Below, piece after piece: positions 51,849 to 59,886 of a DNA stretch of 64,000 bases (positions are counted from its first letter, which is position 1; the number at the start of each line of letters is the position of its first letter). Origin of the DNA: Nitrospirales bacterium (lineage in GTDB: Bacteria > Nitrospirota > Nitrospiria > Nitrospirales > UBA8639); NCBI GenBank assembly GCA_020027205.1, contig JAHRAQ010000014.1, positions 8,548 to 72,547 on the forward strand, read 5' to 3'. The notes below the pieces were generated by a model, which did not search any database, was not told the origin of the DNA, and saw nothing but the letters and a program-made list of their open reading frames with translations. The position numbers and the translations under genes were made by a program.

Positions 51849-51971
51849 TTACCGCAGAATATAGAAATAATCCAGTCCCTGCATATCCATCAGCACCCAG
51901 TCAAGGAACTGAAAGTACGCCACCGCAATCACAATGGAAATCCCGACGTATAAAGCCGTCTGCATCTGCAT
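51849..51971 (-). CDS. Micro-ORF, 40-aa single-TM peptide (MQMQTALYVGISIVIAVAYFQFLDWVLMDMQGLDYFYILR)
   Basis: GGGAGGAG 4 nt upstream of ATG 51971; one hydrophobic helix; immediately upstream of the bd-like gene. Confidence 0.45.
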   Translation of the reverse strand: MQMQTALYVGISIVIAVAYFQFLDWVLMDMQGLDYFYILR

Positions 51972-52009
51972 CGCACTCCTCCCGTCGTCCCGTCGTTCAG
52001 GAGACTCGT

Positions 52010-52123
52010 TCAGCAAGGACATTGAATGCCGGCAAACCAGTAGAAAAACCACAGGCCCACGGCACAAGTCACATAAAATATCGCCTTGCCTACCTTGATT
52101 GGAACCGGATCTGATTGGGCCAT
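52010..52123 (-). CDS. Micro-ORF, 37-aa single-TM peptide (MAQSDPVPIKVGKAIFYVTCAVGLWFFYWFAGIQCPC)
   Basis: AAGAGGA 5 nt upstream of ATG 52123; one hydrophobic helix; first ORF after the consensus promoter; below the ORF-track size cut-off. Confidence 0.45.
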   Translation of the reverse strand: MAQSDPVPIKVGKAIFYVTCAVGLWFFYWFAGIQCPC

Positions 52124-52259
52124 CGCAGTCCTCTTATGCTTAGATATTTAACCTTAGCGAATTATACGCTTGACACGACACCCGTGATATGATAAGCAAC
52201 AACCACGTTTTCTTTTGAGCGGGATGATACACATGCGAAGCAACGCCAAACTGTTTGAC

Positions 52260-52288
52260 ATTATAGTGTTGGCCGGGATGGTTGTCAA
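52260..52288 (-). promoter_or_regulatory. Perfect consensus sigma70 promoter TTGACA-N17-TATAAT
   Basis: -35 at 52288-52283 and -10 at 52265-52260 (read on the - strand), in an AT-rich gap ~135 nt upstream of the first micro-ORF. Confidence 0.6.
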
Positions 52289-52365
52289 CATTCTTTTGGC
52301 CGTCTTTTTGATCCTGTACTACTTTGATTTTCTTTAGGTTTTCCGCAATATCCCGCACGCCATTT

Positions 52366-53265
52366 TCAGCCGGGCAGCCCGCCACGGGGCGGCGGTTTCT
52401 TCTGGTCTGACGTCGCACACCGAAAGCCGATGGTTTCATCCCGGAAATCCGGGACCATGAAACTTCTGGCCGTGATTCGCAAATCCGTTCCATAACTCGT
52501 GTAGCCCGCGCCTCGAAGCGTTTTATACCCGCCGCGGTCCGCCACGGTCGCGGGTCGGGAATCATCGGGACGACCAACTTGCTCCCGGTACCAGTCATCC
52601 CCCCATTCCATCAAATTTCCAAAACCGTCATGCACGCCGAACGGGCTTCTGTCCAGGGGAAACGATCCCACGGGAGATGTCGCGTCATATCCATCCTCGC
52701 CGCCTCCCAGGTTCGCCTTGCGGGGTCTGGGAGAATTGCCCCACGGCCACAACCGTCCGTCCAGGCCGCGCATCGCTTTTTCCCATTCGGCTTCCGTGGG
52801 CAACCGGGCCTCTCGCCATCTGCAATAGGCATCCGCGTCGTACCAGGAGACATAGGCCACCGGCTGATTCGGCCCGCGCAACTGGGCCAGCCGTTTGGCA
52901 TATCGTGACGGAGGCCCCGGCTTGCGGTGCCCCGTGGCCTTCACAAATCGCCCGTACTGGTAATTCGTCACCTCATACCGGTCAATCCAAAATCCCGGAA
53001 GGGTGACGAGACGCTCGGGACGTTCATTCAACCCGCCCCGCGTGGTCCCCTGAATGAACGCACCGGGAGGAATCCACACCATGTCTTCCCCCACAAGAGC
53101 CGGCGGGGCGTCGGAGGAAAACACCTGCGTCGCCCGTGGCCGGCCCATGTCCGCGTGGTCTGGGTCGGGCGGCGGCGGCGTGGTCCCGCGAAAAATCCCC
53201 GCCAGCGGCATCCCGACCATAAACAGAATCACGGCCAGCAGAATCAGTTTCAGTCGCCCTTCCAT
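52366..53265 (-). CDS. FGE-sulfatase-domain (SUMF1/NirV/PvdO-like) protein, N-terminal TM anchor, lacks FGE catalytic Cys pair
   Basis: MVWIPPGAFIQG...FWIDRYEVTNYQY...QPVAYVSWYDADAYCRW...RLPTEAEWEKA...FGNLMEWGDD...IGFRCA. Confidence 0.85.
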   Translation of the reverse strand: MEGRLKLILLAVILFMVGMPLAGIFRGTTPPPPDPDHADMGRPRATQVFSSDAPPALVGEDMVWIPPGAFIQGTTRGGLNERPERLVTLPGFWIDRYEVTNYQYGRFVKATGHRKPGPPSRYAKRLAQLRGPNQPVAYVSWYDADAYCRWREARLPTEAEWEKAMRGLDGRLWPWGNSPRPRKANLGGGEDGYDATSPVGSFPLDRSPFGVHDGFGNLMEWGDDWYREQVGRPDDSRPATVADRGGYKTLRGAGYTSYGTDLRITARSFMVPDFRDETIGFRCATSDQKKPPPRGGLPG

Positions 53266-53307
53266 ACCCTCGCCGTCTCACGCCGCACCCGTTCCCCGAC
53301 CACCCCC

Positions 53308-54225
53308 TTACAAGGGCTGGTCGCCGTCCTCAACGGTCCGGGCGCAACGGAATCCTATCGTCGCGTCGGTGCGCCACATCTTGGCCGAAAACCGTTTGGT
53401 CACTCTCGCGTTAAGTTTGGAATCACGCCAGGTGCCCCCTCGGATGACTTTAAATTCCGTGCTGTCCGGCCCGGGAGGATTGAGGAACGGCGCCCGGTGA
53501 TAATAAGACGGGTCATACGTATCCGCCACCCATTCCGCGACGTTCCCCACCATGTCGTAGACCCCGTACGGACTCCGGCCGCCTTCATACGACCCCACGG
53601 GCGACAGATACCGCGCCCCGTCGCCGTCGCCGTCGATGTTGGACACCGTGTCGCTGAACTCATTGCCCCAAGGGTACAGCCGCCGGCCTTCCCCGCGCGC
53701 CGCTTTTTCCCATTCGGCTTCCGTGGGCAGCCGTTTTCCCGCCCAGCGGCAATAGGCAAACGCATCATTCCAGCCGATGCCCACCACGGGAAAATCCGGG
53801 TCCGTGAGGTGGGCGATGTCTTCCTCAAACACCGGTACCTGCGGGGCTTCCCGCTTGGTCATGTTGACAAAACGCTCGTATTCCGACTGCGTTACTTCCT
53901 TGAGATCGACAAAATAGGCCTTGAGATACACGGGATGCGCGGGAGCCTCGTCGGGATCGCCCTGCTCATAGCCCATGGTAAAAGGCCCTTCGGGGATTTC
54001 CACCATCTCCCGCCCCTCATTGCCGGCCATGGTCCGGTACATGGAAAAATCCCGAAGCGCCACCGGCTCAATAATCCGCGGCTCCGCGCGTTGTTCGGAC
54101 CGTGAGACCAGCCGGTCCCGCTCGGTCCGCCCTTTATACGTTTCATAGACCAGCATCACCATCATCAGGATAAACGAGGCAAAAACAAAGATGATGGAGC
54201 CGATCAGGACACCGCGATTTTCCAT
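53308..54225 (-). CDS. FGE-sulfatase-domain (SUMF1/NirV/PvdO-like) protein, N-terminal TM anchor, lacks FGE catalytic Cys pair
   Basis: MVEIPEGPFTMG...YFVDLKEVTQSEY...PVVGIGWNDAFAYCRWAGKRLPTEAEWEKAARG...YDMVGNVAEWVAD...IGFRCA; GGAGG 5 nt upstream of ATG 54225. Confidence 0.85.
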   Translation of the reverse strand: MENRGVLIGSIIFVFASFILMMVMLVYETYKGRTERDRLVSRSEQRAEPRIIEPVALRDFSMYRTMAGNEGREMVEIPEGPFTMGYEQGDPDEAPAHPVYLKAYFVDLKEVTQSEYERFVNMTKREAPQVPVFEEDIAHLTDPDFPVVGIGWNDAFAYCRWAGKRLPTEAEWEKAARGEGRRLYPWGNEFSDTVSNIDGDGDGARYLSPVGSYEGGRSPYGVYDMVGNVAEWVADTYDPSYYHRAPFLNPPGPDSTEFKVIRGGTWRDSKLNARVTKRFSAKMWRTDATIGFRCARTVEDGDQPL

Positions 54226-54308
54226 ACGCCTCCGGCAATCACCCGTTGACGGCCGCGCACACATCGGAGCGCCCGCAGGCCCCCATCGTCACAGCCGCAC
54301 AGGATAAG

Positions 54309-54509
54309 TTACGCGCGTTTGGACAGCAACCCGGCCAGGACAAACGCCGCGACGCCGCCGCACAGTATCGACCCCAGCAACAAATAATACTCCGGATCGC
54401 CATGGTGCACGCCAGATGCAAACCCCCGCAACAAGACGGCGGCCATCACCGTGGCGGCCACCATGACCCCGGACCACAGCAGCCGTGCCGCGTCGCACTT
54501 CTCATTCAT
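54309..54509 (-). CDS. Small 2-TM membrane protein (66 aa)
   Basis: Two hydrophobic helices; 8-nt overlap with the upstream gene; no family recognised. Confidence 0.45.
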   Translation of the reverse strand: MNEKCDAARLLWSGVMVAATVMAAVLLRGFASGVHHGDPEYYLLLGSILCGGVAAFVLAGLLSKRA

Positions 54510-54912
54510 GGCTATCCCCGCTTTCCCCAAGTACCGGATGATTCCGTGGCGCCGGCATCGCCAGCGTCGGCGGCGGCGCGGAGGGCGTCACACGCGGCCG
54601 CCGGAACCTGTCCATCAACATCGAGATCCATATGCCCAAAAATCCCCCGATGGCCGCCCCGGAACCCGCGCCGACCGTGATATTGCCGGCCCCCGACACC
54701 GCCCAGGCCAAGGCCCCGCCTCCCATCGCCCCGGCCACGATGCCGGCGAAAAACCGGCGGCCTCCAAGCAGCCCGATCCCCATCCCCAGGAGCAACCCCA
54801 TGCCCGTGGCCACGTAGAGAAACGCGCCACCCAGCAATATGCCGATCAGCGCCCCGACCGTCCCCATGACCGCGACGCCCAGCGCCACGTCCGGCACCCA
54901 GGCTTTAACCAT
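54502..54912 (-). CDS. Glycine-zipper-rich membrane protein
   Basis: GxxxG-type runs ([32 protein letters not shown]...[16 protein letters not shown]); GGAGGG 6 nt upstream of ATG 54912. Confidence 0.55.
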   Translation of the reverse strand: MVKAWVPDVALGVAVMGTVGALIGILLGGAFLYVATGMGLLLGMGIGLLGGRRFFAGIVAGAMGGGALAWAVSGAGNITVGAGSGAAIGGFLGIWISMLMDRFRRPRVTPSAPPPTLAMPAPRNHPVLGESGDSHE

Positions 54913-54947
54913 GGCGGCCCTCCGCGTCACCGGCCGCCGTCCCCGCC

Positions 54948-55589
54948 TCATTCCGCGCTGACTTCAATCGCCCCAAAATCCACTTCCACACCGGGGCCGC
55001 TTTGCAGCGAAATACCCCACGCCATCGGCGCCGGGTCATGCCCGTGAATCTCCCGAAAATCCCGGTAGGCATTGACCTCTTCCTCGACCCACGCCCCCAG
55101 CGGATGCCGGCCCGAACGCACCACCACCTCCGCCGCCCCGAACAACCCGCCGTCCGTGACCGACCCCCGGCGTTTCCGATCACTCCAGACGTATTTGGTG
55201 GACACCGGAATAAACAGCACATCCGTATCCAGATTCGCAAAGACCGCCGCAAAAAACTCCGCGCCCTCCGGGGCCGAATGCAGACGCCACCGCCACCGCA
55301 GCACGGGATGCGTGCGGGGGTTCCATGCAATCCGCCTGGTGTACACCCGCTGATTCGCCCGCGCGCCTTTCAGAAACGCGGCGTCGCCCTCGGTGTGCAC
55401 GGCGTACGCCTCTTTCGCCGTCGCCGTGCTGCGCGACCCTTCCCATCCGCGAGGAAAGCCATCCGCGTCGGGATGACGAAAATCCTCAAGCGCCACGGTC
55501 GGAGCCGCTGGCCCGCCGACCAGCGGCCAGCCGACCACCATCAGCGCCACGGCCCCCGTGAGGAGCAGGCGTCGTCGTCGTCCGTTCAC
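54948..55589 (-). CDS. Exported protein, tentatively DUF3047/concanavalin-like
   Basis: Signal peptide [17 protein letters not shown]; the family call is a weak recollection only; GTG start overlaps the bd-like 2 stop (GTGA). Confidence 0.45.
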   Translation of the reverse strand: MNGRRRRLLLTGAVALMVVGWPLVGGPAAPTVALEDFRHPDADGFPRGWEGSRSTATAKEAYAVHTEGDAAFLKGARANQRVYTRRIAWNPRTHPVLRWRWRLHSAPEGAEFFAAVFANLDTDVLFIPVSTKYVWSDRKRRGSVTDGGLFGAAEVVVRSGRHPLGAWVEEEVNAYRDFREIHGHDPAPMAWGISLQSGPGVEVDFGAIEVSAE

Positions 55590-57493
55590 GCCGACTCCTC
55601 TCGTGACAACGCCCGCGCAAAAGCCACACCGCCGTCGGCGGCGGGTTGATCGGCCTCCGTCATCCGCTCTTGCGCGGACAGCCGGAACAACACAAACACC
55701 GACACCCAGAAGACGGCCATGTTCATGGTCACCATCTTGGCAACAAACGCCAGGTGCGGCGTGAACGCCCAGGGCGACAGATCCGCCAGCACCTCATGCA
55801 CGTGCCAGCCCACCCGCCCGGCGGAGCGAATGTACCCCATCAGCCCCATCACCCAGGAAAACGTCGCCGCCACCCCGAACAACGCCACCATCCCCCGCAC
55901 GGAAATCCCGCCCCATTGCACGGGGCCGCGCCGCTCACTCCCCCTTACCATCAGATGATTGATCAACAATCCGCCCGCCACCACCATCGCCGTCGTCGCA
56001 CTCTGCGGGACGGACAACCCGACCCGAACGTGCGCGGGAAGATAAAATCCATACACCGCGACCCAGATGATATTGCCCATGCCCGCGACAAACAACGCCG
56101 CTATCGCCGCGTTGCCAGCCCGCGCCCAGGGCACCCGGATGATCCGGTTCGCCCGCCCGTACAACAACGCGCTCAACCCCGTCAGACAGACCATCACATT
56201 CATCGCCCCGTTTTTCGCCGACATCACCCCAAACGCCCCGATCACCGGATGCTGCGCCGCCCCCACCGCCTTCATCTCCCCCGCCGTCATCGCCATCGTA
56301 TGCGGCGTCACCCACACCACAAACGCCGCCATCAGCCCCCCGACAATCCATTTGAACCAGGGATGATACCGTCCGCCGTCACGGAACCGCCCAAGCGATT
56401 GCCAGACGTAATAATTGATCCCCAGAAACAACGCCCCCACCGTCGCCGCCTGAATCACAAACGCCCACGACAGCATCCCCCCCATCATCGTCATCCCCAT
56501 CTCCTGACGGAACGTAAAGACGGCGCGCATCAGCCAGTATCCCGCAAACGGCATCGGCACCAGCGCCCCCACCATCACCACCAGAAACACGCAGCCCATC
56601 CAATCGTAGTACGCCCGCGCCTCCCGCCGCCGGGTCTGCAAAAACCGATAGGCCGCGAACGCCACCACCACGGCGCCCCCGGACATCACATCCGCCAGAA
56701 ACCGATGCGCGTTGAGCGGATTCCACAACGGCGAATGCAGCACGTGCCAGACATTCCCCAGAAACTGCCCCTCGGCGTTCACCCCCGCCGGCGCCATCAT
56801 GAACGACGCCCACGCATTCACCAGCAGCAGCAACAGCACCCCCATGCCGTTGACCAGCACCCCGAGCGACAGATGCAGCCATTTCCGGACGCCGGACGCC
56901 AGACCAGCCCAACTGTAGTAATACACCACCAGCAGCAGGGATTCCCCGACGAACACCGAGGCATACACCGGCATCATGCTCTTGAACGTCGCCCCCAGAT
57001 ACCGCATCACATCGGGATACAGCGTCACCAACGCCCCCAGCATCACGCCCCCCAGCCACGCCGTCACCGCCATCGCCAGCACCCCCACCCGCAGCACGTC
57101 CCGGCCCAGCCCATCGAACCGCGCCGCCGCCCGCCCGTCGCGACGCGACAGCCCAATGAATTCGAGCAGCAGCGCAAACAACGGCAGCGCCAGCACAAAG
57201 CCCCCGAAATAGGTATGCTGCTGCGTCACAAACCAGATGACGGTACGGTTATCCAGATACCGCCACTGCGGATACCTCGGCGCCACCGCCGCGGCGGGCA
57301 AACTCTGCGGAACGCCCTCCGTCTGATAATAGACGTCCCGCGTCGACTGCGATGCCGACGCCGCATCCACCCCCGCCGTCGGCGCGCCGGCCACGACACA
57401 GACCCCGCCCAACAGCAGCATCACCACCCCGCGCCGCACCATCCCCATCACGTCCGTCCCCCGATTACAAACGCCGGCAGCCGTCATTCCCAC
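55586..57493 (-). CDS. Cytochrome bd-like oxidase, CydA-related polytopic protein (paralog 2)
   Basis: Same landmarks as paralog 1 (QQHTYFGGF, FVGESLLLVVYYYSW, KWLH, WHVLHSPLWNPLNAHR, TPHT, AQHPVIG, GWHVHEV); start uncertain (57493 GTG, or ATG 57448/57442). Confidence 0.8.
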   Translation of the reverse strand: MGMTAAGVCNRGTDVMGMVRRGVVMLLLGGVCVVAGAPTAGVDAASASQSTRDVYYQTEGVPQSLPAAAVAPRYPQWRYLDNRTVIWFVTQQHTYFGGFVLALPLFALLLEFIGLSRRDGRAAARFDGLGRDVLRVGVLAMAVTAWLGGVMLGALVTLYPDVMRYLGATFKSMMPVYASVFVGESLLLVVYYYSWAGLASGVRKWLHLSLGVLVNGMGVLLLLLVNAWASFMMAPAGVNAEGQFLGNVWHVLHSPLWNPLNAHRFLADVMSGGAVVVAFAAYRFLQTRRREARAYYDWMGCVFLVVMVGALVPMPFAGYWLMRAVFTFRQEMGMTMMGGMLSWAFVIQAATVGALFLGINYYVWQSLGRFRDGGRYHPWFKWIVGGLMAAFVVWVTPHTMAMTAGEMKAVGAAQHPVIGAFGVMSAKNGAMNVMVCLTGLSALLYGRANRIIRVPWARAGNAAIAALFVAGMGNIIWVAVYGFYLPAHVRVGLSVPQSATTAMVVAGGLLINHLMVRGSERRGPVQWGGISVRGMVALFGVAATFSWVMGLMGYIRSAGRVGWHVHEVLADLSPWAFTPHLAFVAKMVTMNMAVFWVSVFVLFRLSAQERMTEADQPAADGGVAFARALSREESA

Positions 57494-57495
57494 AC

Positions 57496-58527
57496 CTACC
57501 CCGACGCCCGCTGCCCCATTTTGGCAAACAGTTCCATCACAAACGGGCAGCGTTTCAACGTTTCCGGCACGATGCCCCGCGTACGCGCTTCAACGTGCAC
57601 CCGCGCCCCCAGCGCATACCCATACCCGGCCGTCATCGCCCCCGTCATCCCGCCCACGAGCAGATGCGCGCCGAACGGCACGCGCTCCCATTGCAACACA
57701 AACAGCACAACGCCCATCTGCGTCGCATAATACGTCAACGCAAACGCCAGACACGGCCACATCCAAAACCGGAACACCTCCCACCATGGCCGGGCCTTGA
57801 GACGGTCGGCGGCAAGGACATGCGGGTATCGACCCGACAAAAAGGCGCCGTGCGCGCCACAGGCCGCCACCACGCACACCGCCGCCGCCAACCCCGCCTC
57901 GCCCCCCGCGCCGTCCCCGCCGAGACCGGACGCCGCCGCCACCGCGCCGCCGGCCGCCAGCCCCGCGCCCGCCCAACCGACCAGCCGCCGCGCGTCACGC
58001 CCGGGCAGACCACGCCACACGCCGCCGTCGGGAAACGTCACCATCCGCCCGCCCTGCGCTTCCAGGCGCACGACGTGCCCGATTTCAAACGCATCGCGCG
58101 TGACCGCCGTGCAGGCAATGATCAATGCCATCATCGCCGGCCCTTCGGGATGCAGGAGAAAATTATAGTCGACAAACAGCGCCAGCAACGCCAAGACCAA
58201 CAGCGACAGTTGCACGCCATAGACACATCCGATCCATCCGCCCACCCACAGGAGACGGCGAACGCCGTCCGTGCGCACGATGCGCGCCGGCGACGCCCGC
58301 CGCCCCATCGCATACGCCCAGTACGCGGTCGGCGTCGCGAGCATCCCGCTCATCGCCAACAACAGCCATGGATCGGAAAGCGGACGCGCGTGAGTCAAGA
58401 TCCGGTAAAGAAGAAACACCACCAGCCCCGGCGCGACCATGACCCAGCGTTTTCGCCGTCGAACGTCGGGGGCCGTGACGGCCGCCTGCAGTTGGGGCAG
58501 CACCCGAAGCGCTAATCGATGCAGCAT
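57496..58527 (-). CDS. Polytopic membrane protein, no recognised family
   Basis: 343 aa, multiple hydrophobic helices plus a Gly/Ala-rich loop; GGGAG 5 nt upstream of ATG 58527. Confidence 0.55.
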   Translation of the reverse strand: MLHRLALRVLPQLQAAVTAPDVRRRKRWVMVAPGLVVFLLYRILTHARPLSDPWLLLAMSGMLATPTAYWAYAMGRRASPARIVRTDGVRRLLWVGGWIGCVYGVQLSLLVLALLALFVDYNFLLHPEGPAMMALIIACTAVTRDAFEIGHVVRLEAQGGRMVTFPDGGVWRGLPGRDARRLVGWAGAGLAAGGAVAAASGLGGDGAGGEAGLAAAVCVVAACGAHGAFLSGRYPHVLAADRLKARPWWEVFRFWMWPCLAFALTYYATQMGVVLFVLQWERVPFGAHLLVGGMTGAMTAGYGYALGARVHVEARTRGIVPETLKRCPFVMELFAKMGQRASG

Positions 58528-58584
58528 CGCACTCCCAGGAGGGCATAACCCGGCGCGTAAAACCGGCGACGAGCGGAGTCCCTG

Positions 58585-58654
58585 CCGTCATTCCGCGCCA
58601 TCGACGCCATTGACGACGCCATTGACCGCAGAACCCCCCGCACGCGGAATCCAT
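58585..58654 (+). repeat. REP-like element, family 2 (copy with a 12-bp internal duplication GACGCCATTGAC)
   Basis: CCGTCATTCCGCGCCATCGACGCCATTGACGACGCCATTGACCGCAGAACC...CGCGGAATCCATCCGAAAGA, compare 25995-26064. Confidence 0.75.
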
Positions 58655-58686
58655 CCGAAAGACGTTTCAATGGCCGGCTCCGAATG

Positions 58687-59163
58687 TCACGCCGGCGCCG
58701 ACAGCCCGAAATACCGCGTCTTGACTTCCTCCATCAGCGCCACCGTCACCTCCGGCATCTCCCGGTCCTGCGCGGTGCGTTCCAGTTCCACGCGGGCCAT
58801 CGCGCGCACCGCGTCGGGAATGCGGGACAACCGGCGCGCCGCGTCGGGATGCCAGGACACCGGGCCGGGCGACCGGGCCTCCGTCATCACCCCCGTCGAA
58901 ATCAGCGTCAGACGCTGCCGACCGGCATACTCTTCCACCTCGTGCCGCACCAGACACGCCGCGTAGGGCGGCAGCCGGTCCAGACGATGTCGCGCCTCGT
59001 CCGTCCAGACCGGATGGTCAAAAAAACGGGACGCCTCCCGGGCGTCCGCCTCAATCCCCACCTGACATCCGCACGTCTGACAGGCGTAACGCAGCAGGGC
59101 GCGCCCCGCCTCCCCTTCTTCGATGAGACGACATTGAAAACCCGACCCGCAGCCGCACGTCAC
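58687..59163 (-). CDS. Cys-rich protein with two PCP_red-like (protochlorophyllide reductase subunit B C-terminal-like) repeats
   Basis: MTCGCGSGFQC...CQTCGC then VWTDEARHRLDRLPPYAACLVRHEVEEYA and VSWHPDAARRLSRIPDAVRAMARVELERTA. Confidence 0.6.
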   Translation of the reverse strand: MTCGCGSGFQCRLIEEGEAGRALLRYACQTCGCQVGIEADAREASRFFDHPVWTDEARHRLDRLPPYAACLVRHEVEEYAGRQRLTLISTGVMTEARSPGPVSWHPDAARRLSRIPDAVRAMARVELERTAQDREMPEVTVALMEEVKTRYFGLSAPA

Positions 59164-59169
59164 CGGGGA

Positions 59170-59886
59170 CTATCCGATTTTTCCGGGATACAGAATATAC
59201 AGCATGGCATACGTCGCGCTGCCGGTGACAAACAGAACGCAATACACCAGGATCGTCACCCGGCCCAGAATCCGGTGACGCCGCGCGCCGTTCGGCCAGA
59301 TACGCTGAATCGCCACCTCCACGCCGAACACCATCGCCAGCAGCGCGACCAGGCCGGCATAGACGCCGAATTTGCCCATGGAAAACCCGGCGGTGACCAC
59401 GCGACCGAGAAACAACAGCAGCACGACGGCGGTCACGCCCCCAAACATCATCCCGATTTTTTTCCGGGTGGTTTGCAGCAGGGCGTCTTGCAGGATGCGC
59501 CGCCCGTTGACAAACATCTGGGAGCGAAACCCCAGGACAATCATATACACCGCCATGATCAACCCAATCACGACCAGAAGAATGTGCGCCGTCAGCAACG
59601 GCACAAACACGGTGTCATACATCCACTGCGACCCGCCGAACCCTTCCTTCCCTTCAAAGGCCAGCACCCCCAGTTGGCGAAACAGATAATAACTCGTGAA
59701 AAACGCGAGCATGGCCGCCATGCCCCCCAGCATCAGCCAGTGATGCCCGGTCCCCTTGCCGCGTTTGGCCTGCACGCCGCCGACAAGAAACAGCACGGTG
59801 AACAACAGCGCCATCGTCTGACTGATGTCGGCCCCCATCGTCGCATGGGTTCCGGCAAATCCCGGGTCCCGCAACCATTCAGCCAT
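59170..59886 (-). CDS. 6-TM membrane protein, DUF420/CtaM-like C-terminus
   Basis: C-terminus RRHRILGRVTILVYCVLFVTGSATYAMLYILYPG resembles the DUF420 signature as I recall it; start moved to MAEWL (59886) because the upstream extension translates a REP-like motif (AFAGMTKE). Confidence 0.5.
   Translation of the reverse strand: MAEWLRDPGFAGTHATMGADISQTMALLFTVLFLVGGVQAKRGKGTGHHWLMLGGMAAMLAFFTSYYLFRQLGVLAFEGKEGFGGSQWMYDTVFVPLLTAHILLVVIGLIMAVYMIVLGFRSQMFVNGRRILQDALLQTTRKKIGMMFGGVTAVVLLLFLGRVVTAGFSMGKFGVYAGLVALLAMVFGVEVAIQRIWPNGARRHRILGRVTILVYCVLFVTGSATYAMLYILYPGKIG

Noticed and set aside
52366-54225. Calling the two FGE-domain proteins true formylglycine-generating enzymes (sulfatase maturases)
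   Set aside because: The catalytic Cys-x4-Cys pair after the RGGS-like motif is absent in both, and no sulfatase gene is nearby. Annotated only as FGE-fold/NirV-like.
55646-57730. 694-aa + strand ORF opposite bd-like paralog 2
   Set aside because: His/Pro/Arg/Gln-rich artefact of the NNG codon regime of the real - strand gene.
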